From positions 3,608-67,607 of the forward strand of contig VXOH01000131.1 of the NCBI GenBank assembly GCA_009840135.1: 64,000 nucleotides of DNA. Reading direction: 5' to 3'. The DNA is from Chloroflexota bacterium. GTDB taxonomy: Bacteria; Chloroflexota; Dehalococcoidia; Lucifugimonadales; UBA3495. Positions 1 through 8,705 of this stretch are shown piece by piece. The position numbers were made by a program, and so were the translations under genes. Each line of letters starts with the position of its first letter. Position 1 is the first letter of the stretch. A model generated the notes under the pieces. That model saw only the letters and a program-made list of their open reading frames with translations. It had not been told where the DNA came from and made no database searches.

Positions 1-441
1 GTGGCTGAGGCAGTTGTCCAGGAAGTAGATCATGGCCGGGTCCTTGGAGATTTCGATCAACAGTTCCCGGAAGTTGCCCATGCCATTGGCCCGCAGCATA
101 TCCAGCTCGGCCTGGGAGGTCACATAGCTCTGGGTCTTGCTGTCGGCGGTGCAGAGAATACCGTGCCAGAACAGCACCATCTTCTCTTCCAGTTGGTTCC
201 TGGAGTTGATCATGCGCCACATGATGTATTCGGGCACGCAGCGAATAAAGTGGTTCCATTCCAGGAAGCTGCGCTCGTTCAGGTCCAGATCCATGCCGTG
301 GTTGTCGTCGGTAGGGTTAAGCAACTCTTCCACAGTTGCCTCGTAACCCTTCTCGGCGCGCTCGACGATTTCGTCGTACTGGGCGCCGAACCCGGCTCGC
401 CGCATCAGGTGAGCCATCAAGGCAATATCGTTATCGGCCAT
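1..441 (-). CDS. DUF1800 domain-containing protein (N-terminal part; gene runs off the left edge)
   Basis: Reverse-strand translation from ATG at 439-441 reads MADNDIALMAHLMRRAGFGAQYDEIVERAEKGYEATVEELLNP...MVLFWHGILCT, which carries the RRAGFGA signature of DUF1800. GGGGAGGAG Shine-Dalgarno lies 5 nt upstream. It is absent from the ORF track because it has no stop in the window; the + ORF 1..528 is its antisense shadow. Confidence 0.7.
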   Translation of the reverse strand, partial: MADNDIALMAHLMRRAGFGAQYDEIVERAEKGYEATVEELLNPTDDNHGMDLDLNERSFLEWNHFIRCVPEYIMWRMINSRNQLEEKMVLFWHGILCTADSKTQSYVTSQAELDMLRANGMGNFRELLIEISKDPAMIYFLDNCLSH

Positions 442-658
442 CCGTACTCCTCCCCAACCAAGTTTGAGGCAAACATAGCTGGGCAAATAATAGCATTATC
501 GCTGCTGTCAATCAAGTTTGAAGGATAGAATCCACAAACGTTTTGGCAAATACTGTCTTCTAACTGGCAAGCCCATTACCCAAATGAACCTGTCTGCCAT
601 TCCTGCTAGAATCGTCAAGGCTAACCATTACAAATCTGCTACGCCGGAGGCTGCCGAT

Positions 659-1369
659 ATGCCGTCCTTCTGGGAGAAAATCCAGGTAGAAGACCGTGAA
701 ATGGATCTGTACGCCAGCGTCCCTTCAGGCGCCGGACCCTTTCCGGCGGTGGTCGTGGCCCATCCGGCCAGCGGGGTGGGAGAGTTTACCCAAAGCATCG
801 CCGACCGACTGGCGGCGGAAGGCTACGCCGCCGTGGCGCCAAACCGGTTTCACCGAATACCGGAAGAGGCGATAGCCAGCCGCACCGCGGGACAGTACCT
901 GAACGATCCGGAGACCGTGCTGGACATGAACGCCACGGTGGATTTTGTGCGGACCCACCCGGCCATTGACGGGGAACGCATCGGCATCATCGGCTTCTGT
1001 TCCGGGGGGCGCATCGCATGGCTGTCCGCCGCCACCAATCCTTACTACCGGGCCGTCGTGCCCTTCTACGGCGGCAACATCATGGCCACCATAGGCTCGG
1101 CCACCCAGTCTCCCTTCGAACTGGCGGAGGGAATCAACTGTCCCATGCTGTTCCACTTCGGGGAGATAGACGACAATCCCTCCCAGGAGGACATGCGCAA
1201 GCTGGGCGCAGAGTTGACCAGGCTGGGCAAGGAGCACCGTTTCATTACGCATCCTGGCGCCGGCCACGCCTTCCTGGACCAGACGGGGAATCGGTACCAC
1301 GAAGGGGCAGCAACAGCAGCGTGGCCGCAAACGGTGGAGTTTTTGGCTGAGCAGCTAAAGAGCAATTGA
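659..1369 (+). CDS. dienelactone hydrolase family protein
   Basis: Reads PFPAVVVAHPASG...GIIGFCSGG (Cys nucleophile elbow typical of DLH)...HPGAGHAF. I prefer the ATG at 659 (GGAGG 8 nt upstream) over the ORF-track start at 518. Confidence 0.8.
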   Translation: MPSFWEKIQVEDREMDLYASVPSGAGPFPAVVVAHPASGVGEFTQSIADRLAAEGYAAVAPNRFHRIPEEAIASRTAGQYLNDPETVLDMNATVDFVRTHPAIDGERIGIIGFCSGGRIAWLSAATNPYYRAVVPFYGGNIMATIGSATQSPFELAEGINCPMLFHFGEIDDNPSQEDMRKLGAELTRLGKEHRFITHPGAGHAFLDQTGNRYHEGAATAAWPQTVEFLAEQLKSN

Positions 1370-1400
1370 AGGTATTTGCCCAAGGGTGTCGTCAAATTGT

Positions 1401-1479
1401 CCATTTCGTCTTGCCGGCGAAGGCCGGAATCTTGACTTCAGCCGGCGAGGTTCCCGCCTTCGCGGGAACGACGAAATGG
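1401..1479. repeat. intergenic hairpin element, family D (core gttcccgccttcgcgggaac)
   Basis: Outer arms ccatttcgtc / gacgaaatgg enclose two inner hairpins. The core recurs at 14057-14076 and 31108-31127. It lies between convergent genes. Confidence 0.7.
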
Positions 1480-1516
1480 ACGCTGGGATACTTCCTCCTT
1501 CAATTTGACGGCAGGC

Positions 1517-1987
1517 CTAACCCTCAACCTCTACGATCATTTCGATTTCCACGGGCATGGACCCGGGAAGGGTGCTCATGCCCACGGCGGAGCGGGCGTG
1601 GCGGCCCCGGTCTCCGAAGAGGCTGACCAACAGGTCGGAGGCCCCGTTGGCCACGCGGGGCGTTTCGGTGAAATCCGGGTCCGCGTTGATCATGCACAGC
1701 AGTTTGACGATCCTGGTTACCTTGTCCAGGTCGCCGATTTCACCCTTGAGGTTGGACAGCAGGTTGAGCATGGTAAGCCGGGCGCAGTCGTAACCCTGGT
1801 CAATGGTGACCCCGGCGCCCAGTTTGCCAACGTGGAGAAATCCGCCCTCGGGCAGGCCGGGGCCCGTTCCGGCCAGGAACACCAGGTTGCCGGTCCGTAC
1901 TGCCGGGACGAAGTTGCCCACGGCGGAGCGACGGGGTTCGGTGAGCTGGTAGCCCATTTCGTTCAGTTTGTTCTCGATTTCAGGCAT
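1517..1987 (-). CDS. RidA family protein (YjgF/endoribonuclease L-PSP fold)
   Basis: 156 aa; reads NLVFLAGTGP...ARSAVGMSTLPGSMPVEIEMIVEV, typical RidA length and C-terminal motif. Confidence 0.85.
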   Translation of the reverse strand: MPEIENKLNEMGYQLTEPRRSAVGNFVPAVRTGNLVFLAGTGPGLPEGGFLHVGKLGAGVTIDQGYDCARLTMLNLLSNLKGEIGDLDKVTRIVKLLCMINADPDFTETPRVANGASDLLVSLFGDRGRHARSAVGMSTLPGSMPVEIEMIVEVEG

Positions 1988-2068
1988 AAGTTATTCCACC
2001 TTCCAGTTTGTCGGGGCGACGTTTTTTGTTTGGGCAATGTTCCCATGGGCGATACCCAGGCGATTTCC

Positions 2069-2094
2069 AGGGCAGCCACAAGGGCTGCCCCTAC
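2069..2094. repeat. intergenic hairpin, family C (gtaggggcagcc-N-ggctgcccctac type)
   Basis: agggcagccacaagggctgcccctac. Related copies at 10757-10776, 10866-10890, 18634-18661 and 22739-22761; degenerate copy at 4801-4826. Confidence 0.7.
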
Positions 2095-2111
2095 AAAAAA
2101 ACGCTGCGTCA

Positions 2112-3131
2112 TCAAGACAGTTCTACGAGGGAAATCCAGGCGGGGCGGTTGCCCAGGGGAGTCGTGGCCACCCGGTTTAGCTGGCCCGTTTCCCCGTCGA
2201 TGCCAAAGGTGGCCATGTTTCCCGACTCCACCCCGGCGGAGTACAGGAACTTCTCACCCGGGCCCACGGCCAGGGCGTTGGGAATGGCCTCGGCGTCCAC
2301 TATACCGTTGGCGGCCAGTTCTCCCGTAGCCGAATCGACGGTAAAGCAGGCAATGCTGTTGTGTCCCCGGTTGGGGGCGTACAGAAAACGCCCCGAAGGG
2401 GTGATCTGTATCTGGGAGCAGGTATTACGCTCGGTGAAGTCCTCGGGGATGGTGGGCACCGTCTGGAATTGGGTCAGCGTACCGTTCCCCGTATCCAGCC
2501 GGTAGGCACCCACGCTGCATCCCTGCTCGTTGGAGAAGTACAGCACGTCCAGAGACGGGTGGAAGCAGAAATGGCGTGGGCCGTGAAAGCCTTCGGGCTC
2601 CACCTGAGCCGGTGAGTTGGGTTCAATCTGCCCCGTATTCTCATCAAAGCGGAACTGGTAGATGCGGTTGGGGCCGTTTCCGGCGATGTGGGGGACGAAG
2701 GCATACCGGTTGGTGGGGTCGGTCTGCATGGCGTGGGCGCCGGTGGCCGTCTCCAGCCATACCACCGGATCGCCTCCCACCGAACCGTCATCGCCAATGG
2801 GGTGGACACCCACGTGCGCGCCCTGGTAATAGGCGGAGAGGACGTATCCGCCCTTGCGGTCGGCGCCGATGTAGGTGGGGTTGAATTCCAGCGCCACCCT
2901 TCCGGTGCGGGACAACTCACCGTTGGAAGGGTCAATATCGTAGCTGATGAGCTGCGGGTCTTCGCGGCAGCCAACGTAGAGGTGGGCGCCGCTGGGGCTG
3001 ACGGCCATGGTAAAGGGACCGCCGGCCACCGCCAGGTCTCGCTGGTGGGCCAGCCCTCCCGTGTCCGGGTCCACTACGAAGGTGGATATCCTGTCGTCTT
3101 CCTGAACTGCCACGTACATGTAGTGGGGCAT
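2112..3131 (-). CDS. lactonase, 7-bladed beta-propeller family
   Basis: Reads MPHYMYVAVQEDDRISTFVVDPDTGGL... with periodic propeller repeats. Start moved to the ATG at 3129-3131, which has AAGGAGAGG upstream. Confidence 0.75.
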   Translation of the reverse strand: MPHYMYVAVQEDDRISTFVVDPDTGGLAHQRDLAVAGGPFTMAVSPSGAHLYVGCREDPQLISYDIDPSNGELSRTGRVALEFNPTYIGADRKGGYVLSAYYQGAHVGVHPIGDDGSVGGDPVVWLETATGAHAMQTDPTNRYAFVPHIAGNGPNRIYQFRFDENTGQIEPNSPAQVEPEGFHGPRHFCFHPSLDVLYFSNEQGCSVGAYRLDTGNGTLTQFQTVPTIPEDFTERNTCSQIQITPSGRFLYAPNRGHNSIACFTVDSATGELAANGIVDAEAIPNALAVGPGEKFLYSAGVESGNMATFGIDGETGQLNRVATTPLGNRPAWISLVELS

Positions 3132-3202
3132 AGTATCCTCTCCTTTACTGTTGTGGTTTCGGAAGGGCTCTACTGCCACCTGCTTAGCCCCCAGACTTCC
3201 GT

Positions 3203-3772
3203 TCAGCTCTGCTGGAAGGGCGGGCGGCTGAAGATGCGTTGCACCAGGGGCACAAAGAACTCCAGCGGCAGGGACTCATACCCGGGATCGAAGGAGGACT
3301 GGTCCCAGCGGTGGCAGAAGTCCACGGTGTCCTGGTACCAAGGATGGTCGCGATAGGCGTCGCGGGCATTGCGGTCGCCGCCCGAGTGGTGGGCGTAGTA
3401 ATAGCTTTGGAACAGGCCATGGTGGCGAACAATCCAGTGAGTCCGCTCCGATACGTAGGGCCGCAGCACGGCAGCCGCCAGTTCGCTGTGGTTGAAGGGC
3501 GACAACAGGTCTCCGATGTCATGCAGCAGGGCCGCCACCACCATCTCCTCATCGGCCCCGTCCCGATGGGCGCGGGTAGCGCACTGGAGAGAGTGCTCCA
3601 AACGGTCAACCTGGTAGCCCGATAGCGAACCGGACAGGTCCTGCAGCATGGCCAGCACCCGGTCTGCCGTACCCTCGGCAAACTCCGCCTCCAGCCGTTC
3701 CAGAAGCTCGTAGTCCTCTCTAGTACCTTCGGCCATGCTGGTGAAGGTTACCGTGTCCATCGCATCCGCCAT
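3203..3772 (-). CDS. HD domain-containing protein (metal-dependent phosphohydrolase/oxygenase superfamily)
   Basis: Has the LLHDIGD HD motif plus downstream His residues (HWIVRHHGLF); 189 aa. Confidence 0.75.
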   Translation of the reverse strand: MADAMDTVTFTSMAEGTREDYELLERLEAEFAEGTADRVLAMLQDLSGSLSGYQVDRLEHSLQCATRAHRDGADEEMVVAALLHDIGDLLSPFNHSELAAAVLRPYVSERTHWIVRHHGLFQSYYYAHHSGGDRNARDAYRDHPWYQDTVDFCHRWDQSSFDPGYESLPLEFFVPLVQRIFSRPPFQQS

Positions 3773-3884
3773 CGTATCGCTCCACGCTCCGCCAGGTACG
3801 GAGCCAGGGGGTGTAGAATGGGCCTAGTTTAACATCCCAAGACACGCCCGGCACGCGGGATGGAGTCTGGTGGGGGGCAGGTAA

Positions 3885-4784
3885 ATGGCTGACGGTGACA
3901 TTAGGGAGAGACGGCTGGAAGGACGCGTTGCCCTCATTACCGGCGGGGGACGGGGCATCGGTCGAGCCATAGCCCGGGCCTATGCGGCTGAGGGGGCGCG
4001 GCTGGCCCTGGTATCCCGCACCGCCGCAGAACTGGAGGAAACGGCCCGGCTGGTGGGGGAAGAGTCCAACGCCGAGGCTATAACCCTCACCGCCGACGTT
4101 GCCAGCCGGGAGCAGGTGGGCCAGGCCGTGGCCCAGGTTTTGGATCACTACGGCGTCATTGACGTCCTGGTCAACAACGCCGGAAACATCGGCCCGGTAA
4201 ACACGGTGTGGAACAGCGACCCGGAGGAATGGGCGCGCACCATCGCGGTACACCTGATGGGAGTGTTCTACGGCTGCCATGCCGTTCTGCCCGCCATGCT
4301 GGAGCGCGGCAGCGGACGCATCGTCAATATGTCCGGCGTGGGCGGCCCCAACACCACGGCCTATGACGCGGCCAAGACCGGCATTGTCAACTTGACGGAA
4401 AACCTGGCCCTGGAACTGCAGGATACCCCCATTACGGTGAATGCCATCAGCCCCGGTTCCATACACACCCGCATGTGGGAGGAGACCAGGGACCTGTCGC
4501 TGGCCATCGGCGACATGGCAACCTATGAAAGGGGCGTCCAGGTGACCTCCGGGGAGGGCGCGTCCATCGAGCGGGCGGCTCAATTGGCGGTATTCCTGGG
4601 CAGCGACGACTGCGGCTCGCTTTCGGGCCGCCTGATTCGGGCCTTCGCCGACCGCTTTGAGGATTTCCCCAGGACTGTGGACGAGATAATGGCGTCGGAG
4701 GCCTACCTGCTGCGGCGAGTGGACCCCTACCGACCCTTTCCCACATCCCAAGCCTACCCGGACCTGCCCATAGCTGATCCCTGA
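3885..4784 (+). CDS. SDR family oxidoreductase
   Basis: Has the ITGGGRGIGRAIA Rossmann motif, NNAG, and a YDAAK catalytic Tyr/Lys. Confidence 0.85.
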   Translation: MADGDIRERRLEGRVALITGGGRGIGRAIARAYAAEGARLALVSRTAAELEETARLVGEESNAEAITLTADVASREQVGQAVAQVLDHYGVIDVLVNNAGNIGPVNTVWNSDPEEWARTIAVHLMGVFYGCHAVLPAMLERGSGRIVNMSGVGGPNTTAYDAAKTGIVNLTENLALELQDTPITVNAISPGSIHTRMWEETRDLSLAIGDMATYERGVQVTSGEGASIERAAQLAVFLGSDDCGSLSGRLIRAFADRFEDFPRTVDEIMASEAYLLRRVDPYRPFPTSQAYPDLPIADP

Positions 4785-4882
4785 GCGATAATTCGTGCCC
4801 GTAAGGGCAGTTCGCGACCCCCCTACGGGAGCAGGGACTATACTACCGGCAGTTCCTCATTTGCGAGAAAGGAGATGCTCGA

Positions 4883-5656
4883 ATGACCTTCAAGCCAGGC
4901 ATCATAACAACGGTAGCCGGCACAGGAGAACGGGGGTTCAGCGGTGACGGCGGCCCGGCTGCCGCTGCCGGACTGAGCGAACCCTTCATGTGCGCCTTCG
5001 ACACCGCCGGGAACATGTACATCGCTGAGGCAACCAACCACTGCATACGGCGGGTGGACCGGGAAAGCGGTGTCATCGTTACCATCGCCGGCACCGGTGA
5101 ATCAGGGTATTCGGGCGACGGCGGCGCCGCCACCGGGGCCACCTTCAACCATTCCTATTCATTACAGGTGGACACCAACGGGGACGTTTACGTGGTTGAC
5201 CGCCTGGACCACGTTATAAGGAAGATTGAGGCAGCCACGGGCATCGTATCCACCGTGGCCGGGACCGGAGAGCAGAACTACGGGGGCGATGGCGGTCCGG
5301 CGACGGCAGCCCGGTTTCGCGAGCCCAACGACTGTTTCCTGGACGGTCGGGGCAGCCTGCTGATAACCGACATCCAGGACCAGCGGGTGCGCCGCCTGAA
5401 CCTGGCGACGGGCAACATCAGCACCTTTGCCGGCAATGGGGTCAAGGAACGGGCAGGGGACGGCCTGCCAGCTTTGGAAGCCAGCATCCTGGGCGCGCGG
5501 GCCGTGTGCATGGACGGCGCAGGCAACACCTATATCGCCGAGCGGGAGGGCAACGGCATCCGCATGGTGGACGCCCAGGGGATTATGCACACCCTGGCCG
5601 GCACGGGGGAGTTCGGCTACAGCGGCGACGGCGGGCCGGCCCTGGACGCCACCTAG
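4883..5656 (+). CDS. NHL repeat-containing protein (blades 1-5; ends at an in-frame TAG)
   Basis: Five repeats of TxAGTGExGYSGDGGPA...GN(M/I)Y(I/V)A(E/D)..NH.IRR(V/I)D. AAGGAG RBS before the ATG. Confidence 0.8.
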   Translation: MTFKPGIITTVAGTGERGFSGDGGPAAAAGLSEPFMCAFDTAGNMYIAEATNHCIRRVDRESGVIVTIAGTGESGYSGDGGAATGATFNHSYSLQVDTNGDVYVVDRLDHVIRKIEAATGIVSTVAGTGEQNYGGDGGPATAARFREPNDCFLDGRGSLLITDIQDQRVRRLNLATGNISTFAGNGVKERAGDGLPALEASILGARAVCMDGAGNTYIAEREGNGIRMVDAQGIMHTLAGTGEFGYSGDGGPALDAT

Positions 5657-5701
5657 GGCGCGCCCAAAGCCATTCGGTGCGACCGGGCAAGTAACCTTCT
5701 G

Positions 5702-5914
5702 GTGGTGGACACCGAGAACCATGCCATCCGGCGCATTGATGCCGATACCCGAATCGTCACTACCATCGCCGGGGGCCGCCTGGGCGGGGAAGGTGACGGA
5801 GGGGCAGCCATTGCAGCAGGCATGGACCGTCCCCACGGCCTGGACCTGGATGCCAAGGACAATATCTACATTGCCGACAGCAACAACCACCGGGTGCGGG
5901 TGGTGGGAGCCTAG
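5702..5914 (+). CDS. NHL repeat fragment (blade 6; same frame as 4883..5656)
   Basis: The frame continues directly after the TAG at 5654-5656: GAPKAIRCDRASNLLVVDTENHAIRRID...NIYIADSNNHRVRVVGA. It is probably one gene broken by the stop. Confidence 0.6.
   Translation: MVDTENHAIRRIDADTRIVTTIAGGRLGGEGDGGAAIAAGMDRPHGLDLDAKDNIYIADSNNHRVRVVGA
5861..5912 (+). repeat. 52-bp perfect direct repeat, copy 1 (3' end of NHL gene)
   Basis: aatatctacattgccgacagcaacaaccaccgggtgcgggtggtgggagcct is identical to 6508-6559. Confidence 0.95.
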
Positions 5915-6176
5915 GGGTCAGCCTTTCCCGAGGACAAGCGTTCCCGATAGTACATTGACTGGTGTCTATGTGGCGCTCCTAGACGGTGTCTCCGGGGCGT
6001 ACCACCTGCTTCCACTAACCGAAGAAGGAATCGCCCCTACTGCTACCGACCTGAGACACGATCCGGAGTTGCCGTGCTAGTAGTCTTCCACGGCCAATTG
6101 TTTGGCCTTTTCCAGGATTATACCCTCTTCCTGCGACCTGCCACGTCTTCCCCCACTACCCTTTAGGAGCAAGACT

Positions 6177-6371
6177 ATGGTCTTAGGTGCTTTCACAGTT
6201 CTCTTCTTATTTCTAGGAGCCCCAATGGTTGCGGCGGGGCTTTGGCTCATCTCCAAGAAGGAAAATCAGCACCTTAGAGTAATGGGAATGGGTATGTTCC
6301 TTATCGGGTTGTCCCCTTTGCTGTTATGGCTGATCTTCCTGGCCTGGTGGGTATATTATGCTGAAGGCTAA
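6177..6371 (+). CDS. small two-TM membrane protein, hypothetical
   Basis: Reads MVLGAFTVLFLFLGAPMVAAGLWLISKKENQHLRVMGMGMFLIGLSPLLLWLIFLAWWVYYAEG. TAGGAG lies 6 nt upstream. It sits in the AT-richer insert between the 52-bp repeats. Confidence 0.4.
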   Translation: MVLGAFTVLFLFLGAPMVAAGLWLISKKENQHLRVMGMGMFLIGLSPLLLWLIFLAWWVYYAEG

Positions 6372-6507
6372 GGGTGAGGCGGCCTTCCTGATAAAGGGAT
6401 CTGCGCTCGTTACGGAAGTGCTGAGGGAGTGCTACGCCTTCCATTTGCGAGCCGAAAGGTCTGCGGTGGTTCGCATTCTACGCACGGCGGCTTTTGTGTC
6501 GGCGGGA

Positions 6508-6559
6508 AATATCTACATTGCCGACAGCAACAACCACCGGGTGCGGGTGGTGGGAGCCT
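6508..6559 (+). repeat. 52-bp perfect direct repeat, copy 2
   Basis: Identical to 5861-5912; followed by TGA instead of TAG. Confidence 0.95.
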
Positions 6560-6612
6560 GAGGAATCGGCGGCGGCTTGCGTTCCACCAGCCAAAACATG
6601 AGAAGCGAAAGA

Positions 6613-8310
6613 TCAGGCCCTACCCCGGTTGAGGACCAGTTCCAGCACGTCGTAACTGGTCAGCGCCCCCACAAATTTGCCGGATTTCCGCTCCAGGACA
6701 GGGATGGCCGTCAAATTGCTTTCGGTCATCCGCTGCAACACATCCTCCACGTGCTCGTCGAGCCAGGCCACCGGCGGGTCGGGCCGCACCAGTTGGCCGA
6801 GTTCGGTCCTTGACCAGGCTTCCGCGGGCAAGTATCGGAACATACCTATAGACAGGATGCCAGGTACGGAGTCATCATCCAGCACAACGTAATCATGCTG
6901 GTGGGGCGTGGCCCAGTTGGAAGTAAAGGCCCTTACCGACATGGAGGACTGGGGATGGGGCCGCAACCTGTCCAGTATGTCCCCCACCGTAATGTCCTGG
7001 AGCACAAACCGGAAGATGCCCCGGGGAATATCGTCGGGCGCCGGCTGGGAAGCCTGGCTCCGGCTGGCCCGGGCAGCCGAGAAGCTGATGACCGAAGGCA
7101 TGAGCAGGATGTAACAGAACATCACCAGGACCAGGAAGGAGAACACCACCTCGTCAATTATCCCCAGTTCCCTCAGGACCAGCAGGAGGGCTATTTCGGC
7201 CACGCCTTTCCCCATTAGCCCGGATGCTACTGCGTAGGGAACCCTCAGCCGCGAGACGTAAGCGCCCAGGAAAGCCCCCGCGAAGTTGCCAAACAGGGGA
7301 ATAAGGGCGAGGACCGCCATAATCCACCAGGGCATGGTCACGAAGGTGAAACTGAAGTAAAGACCCGCGGAGGCGAAGAACAGGGGCACGAAGAAGCCTT
7401 CGGCAACGCTGCGGAGACCCGGCATCATTTCAGACCGGACCTGGTAGGAAAGACCGGACAGGGAAGCGCCGAAGAGGAGGGCGCCCAGGGTACCGTGCAG
7501 TCCGAAGAACTCGGCCGCGTCCACCATGAGGAACAGGACGCCCAGCAGCAGCCCCAGGGAGAGCTGAGGCACCTGTATCACCCGCTGGAGCAGGCCCACC
7601 AGCGGGGGAAGCACCCGGGACGACAGCAGCCAGGCCAAGGCGGCAAAGCCGGCGATCTTTCCTATAAGGATTAGCAGGTCGGACACCGAAAACTCGCGGC
7701 TGTGCTCACCAATGCTGAAGCCGATTACCAGCAGGGTAAGCAGTTCGGCAATGACCACGACCGTGAAGATCTGGAGGCCGACGGGTTCCCGCAGTCGCCC
7801 TTCGTCCGCCAGCACCTTGGCCACAATTCCCAGGCTGCTCATGGACAGGATTCCGGCCAGGGCCAGGGCCTCCTGGAAGGTGAGGTCAATTCCAATGTCC
7901 AGGACCGTGCCGCTGGTAACCAGCACGGACACGCCGAGGGAGAAAAGCACCGACACGATGGCGGCGAGGAAGTAGTGGCCCCGCAGGGTTGCCACAAAGC
8001 TGGATATGTCAATTTCGTCCAGCCCGATGAGGAAGAAGAAGATGAAAATCCCCAGGGTCAGCAGCAGGTCTATGTGGCCGGTGGGCTGAATTGACCAGCC
8101 TGTAAGTACCTGCAGCACCGGGCCCAGCAGGATGCCCGCCGAAGCGTAGGCCAGGATGGAGTTCAGATGGAGGCGGCGGAAGACTCCCTCGGCCAGCTTG
8201 GCGACTATGATGAGCAGCCCCAGGGCCAGCAACGACTGCCGGATGTCGCCGCCCTCGGTGGAAAAACTCGCCATGTCGGCAAGGGGGGACAGGGAAATCT
8301 CACCGAACAT
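6613..8310 (-). CDS. cation:proton antiporter (CPA2/Kef-type) with C-terminal CBS pair
   Basis: About 12 TM helices in a Na+/H+ exchanger-like layout (LLIIVAKLAEGVFRRLHL...). The C-terminus has two CBS-like units (ITVGDILD..., TAIPVLERKSGKFVGALTSYDVLE). Confidence 0.85.
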   Translation of the reverse strand: MFGEISLSPLADMASFSTEGGDIRQSLLALGLLIIVAKLAEGVFRRLHLNSILAYASAGILLGPVLQVLTGWSIQPTGHIDLLLTLGIFIFFFLIGLDEIDISSFVATLRGHYFLAAIVSVLFSLGVSVLVTSGTVLDIGIDLTFQEALALAGILSMSSLGIVAKVLADEGRLREPVGLQIFTVVVIAELLTLLVIGFSIGEHSREFSVSDLLILIGKIAGFAALAWLLSSRVLPPLVGLLQRVIQVPQLSLGLLLGVLFLMVDAAEFFGLHGTLGALLFGASLSGLSYQVRSEMMPGLRSVAEGFFVPLFFASAGLYFSFTFVTMPWWIMAVLALIPLFGNFAGAFLGAYVSRLRVPYAVASGLMGKGVAEIALLLVLRELGIIDEVVFSFLVLVMFCYILLMPSVISFSAARASRSQASQPAPDDIPRGIFRFVLQDITVGDILDRLRPHPQSSMSVRAFTSNWATPHQHDYVVLDDDSVPGILSIGMFRYLPAEAWSRTELGQLVRPDPPVAWLDEHVEDVLQRMTESNLTAIPVLERKSGKFVGALTSYDVLELVLNRGRA

Positions 8311-8580
8311 TATTCAAAAAGCTCCTCCGTCTTCGAAGGCAGCGCCTATTATATTTGCAACGGCAGCGCATGGTATTTTCCTACATTACAGCCTCGATAG
8401 TCACCCCACATAGCGCCAATATTTGCGGCAATTCCCGCCGTGGAGTCGGCAGAGTAGGCATTATCAATGCGGGACTGGCTCGAGGTCGGCAGTCCGGCCC
8501 GTGTTTCCCGTCCCTGCCTCCGGGACTGGCCTCCGGAACCTGGTATTCCAACTCTGTTGGATTGACGGATAAGCCTGAAA

Positions 8581-8649
8581 TCCGCTCGTGGTGAGCTTGT
8601 CGAATCCGCCTGAGGCGGACGGCCCTTCGACAAGCTCAGGGTGAGCGGA
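8581..8649 (+). repeat. about 70-nt palindromic element, family A (tccgctc..gtgagcttgtcgaa ... ttcgacaagctcagggtgagcgga)
   Basis: The 24-nt arms are mutually complementary. Same-orientation copies at 25917-25981 and 27872-27943. Confidence 0.85.
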
Positions 8650-8705
8650 GAAAACACCCATCAAGCCAGTTGCGGCAACTGCCAGGGCCTCACCAGGCCC
8701 GCCAG

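Noticed and set aside
1-528. 175-aa + strand ORF at the left edge
   Set aside because: Its composition looks like an antisense shadow. The opposite strand encodes a clear DUF1800 N-terminus with a Shine-Dalgarno.
2069-2100. Family-C hairpin next to an A7 run as a terminator for the lactonase gene
   Set aside because: On the lactonase (minus) strand the T-run precedes the stem rather than following it. On the plus strand it is an A-run. So it is not a canonical intrinsic terminator.
6358-6561. 67-aa ORF ending in NIYIADSNNHRVRVVGA
   Set aside because: Only the last 17 codons resemble an NHL blade, and they are the duplicated 52-bp repeat. The rest has no repeat pattern and no RBS.
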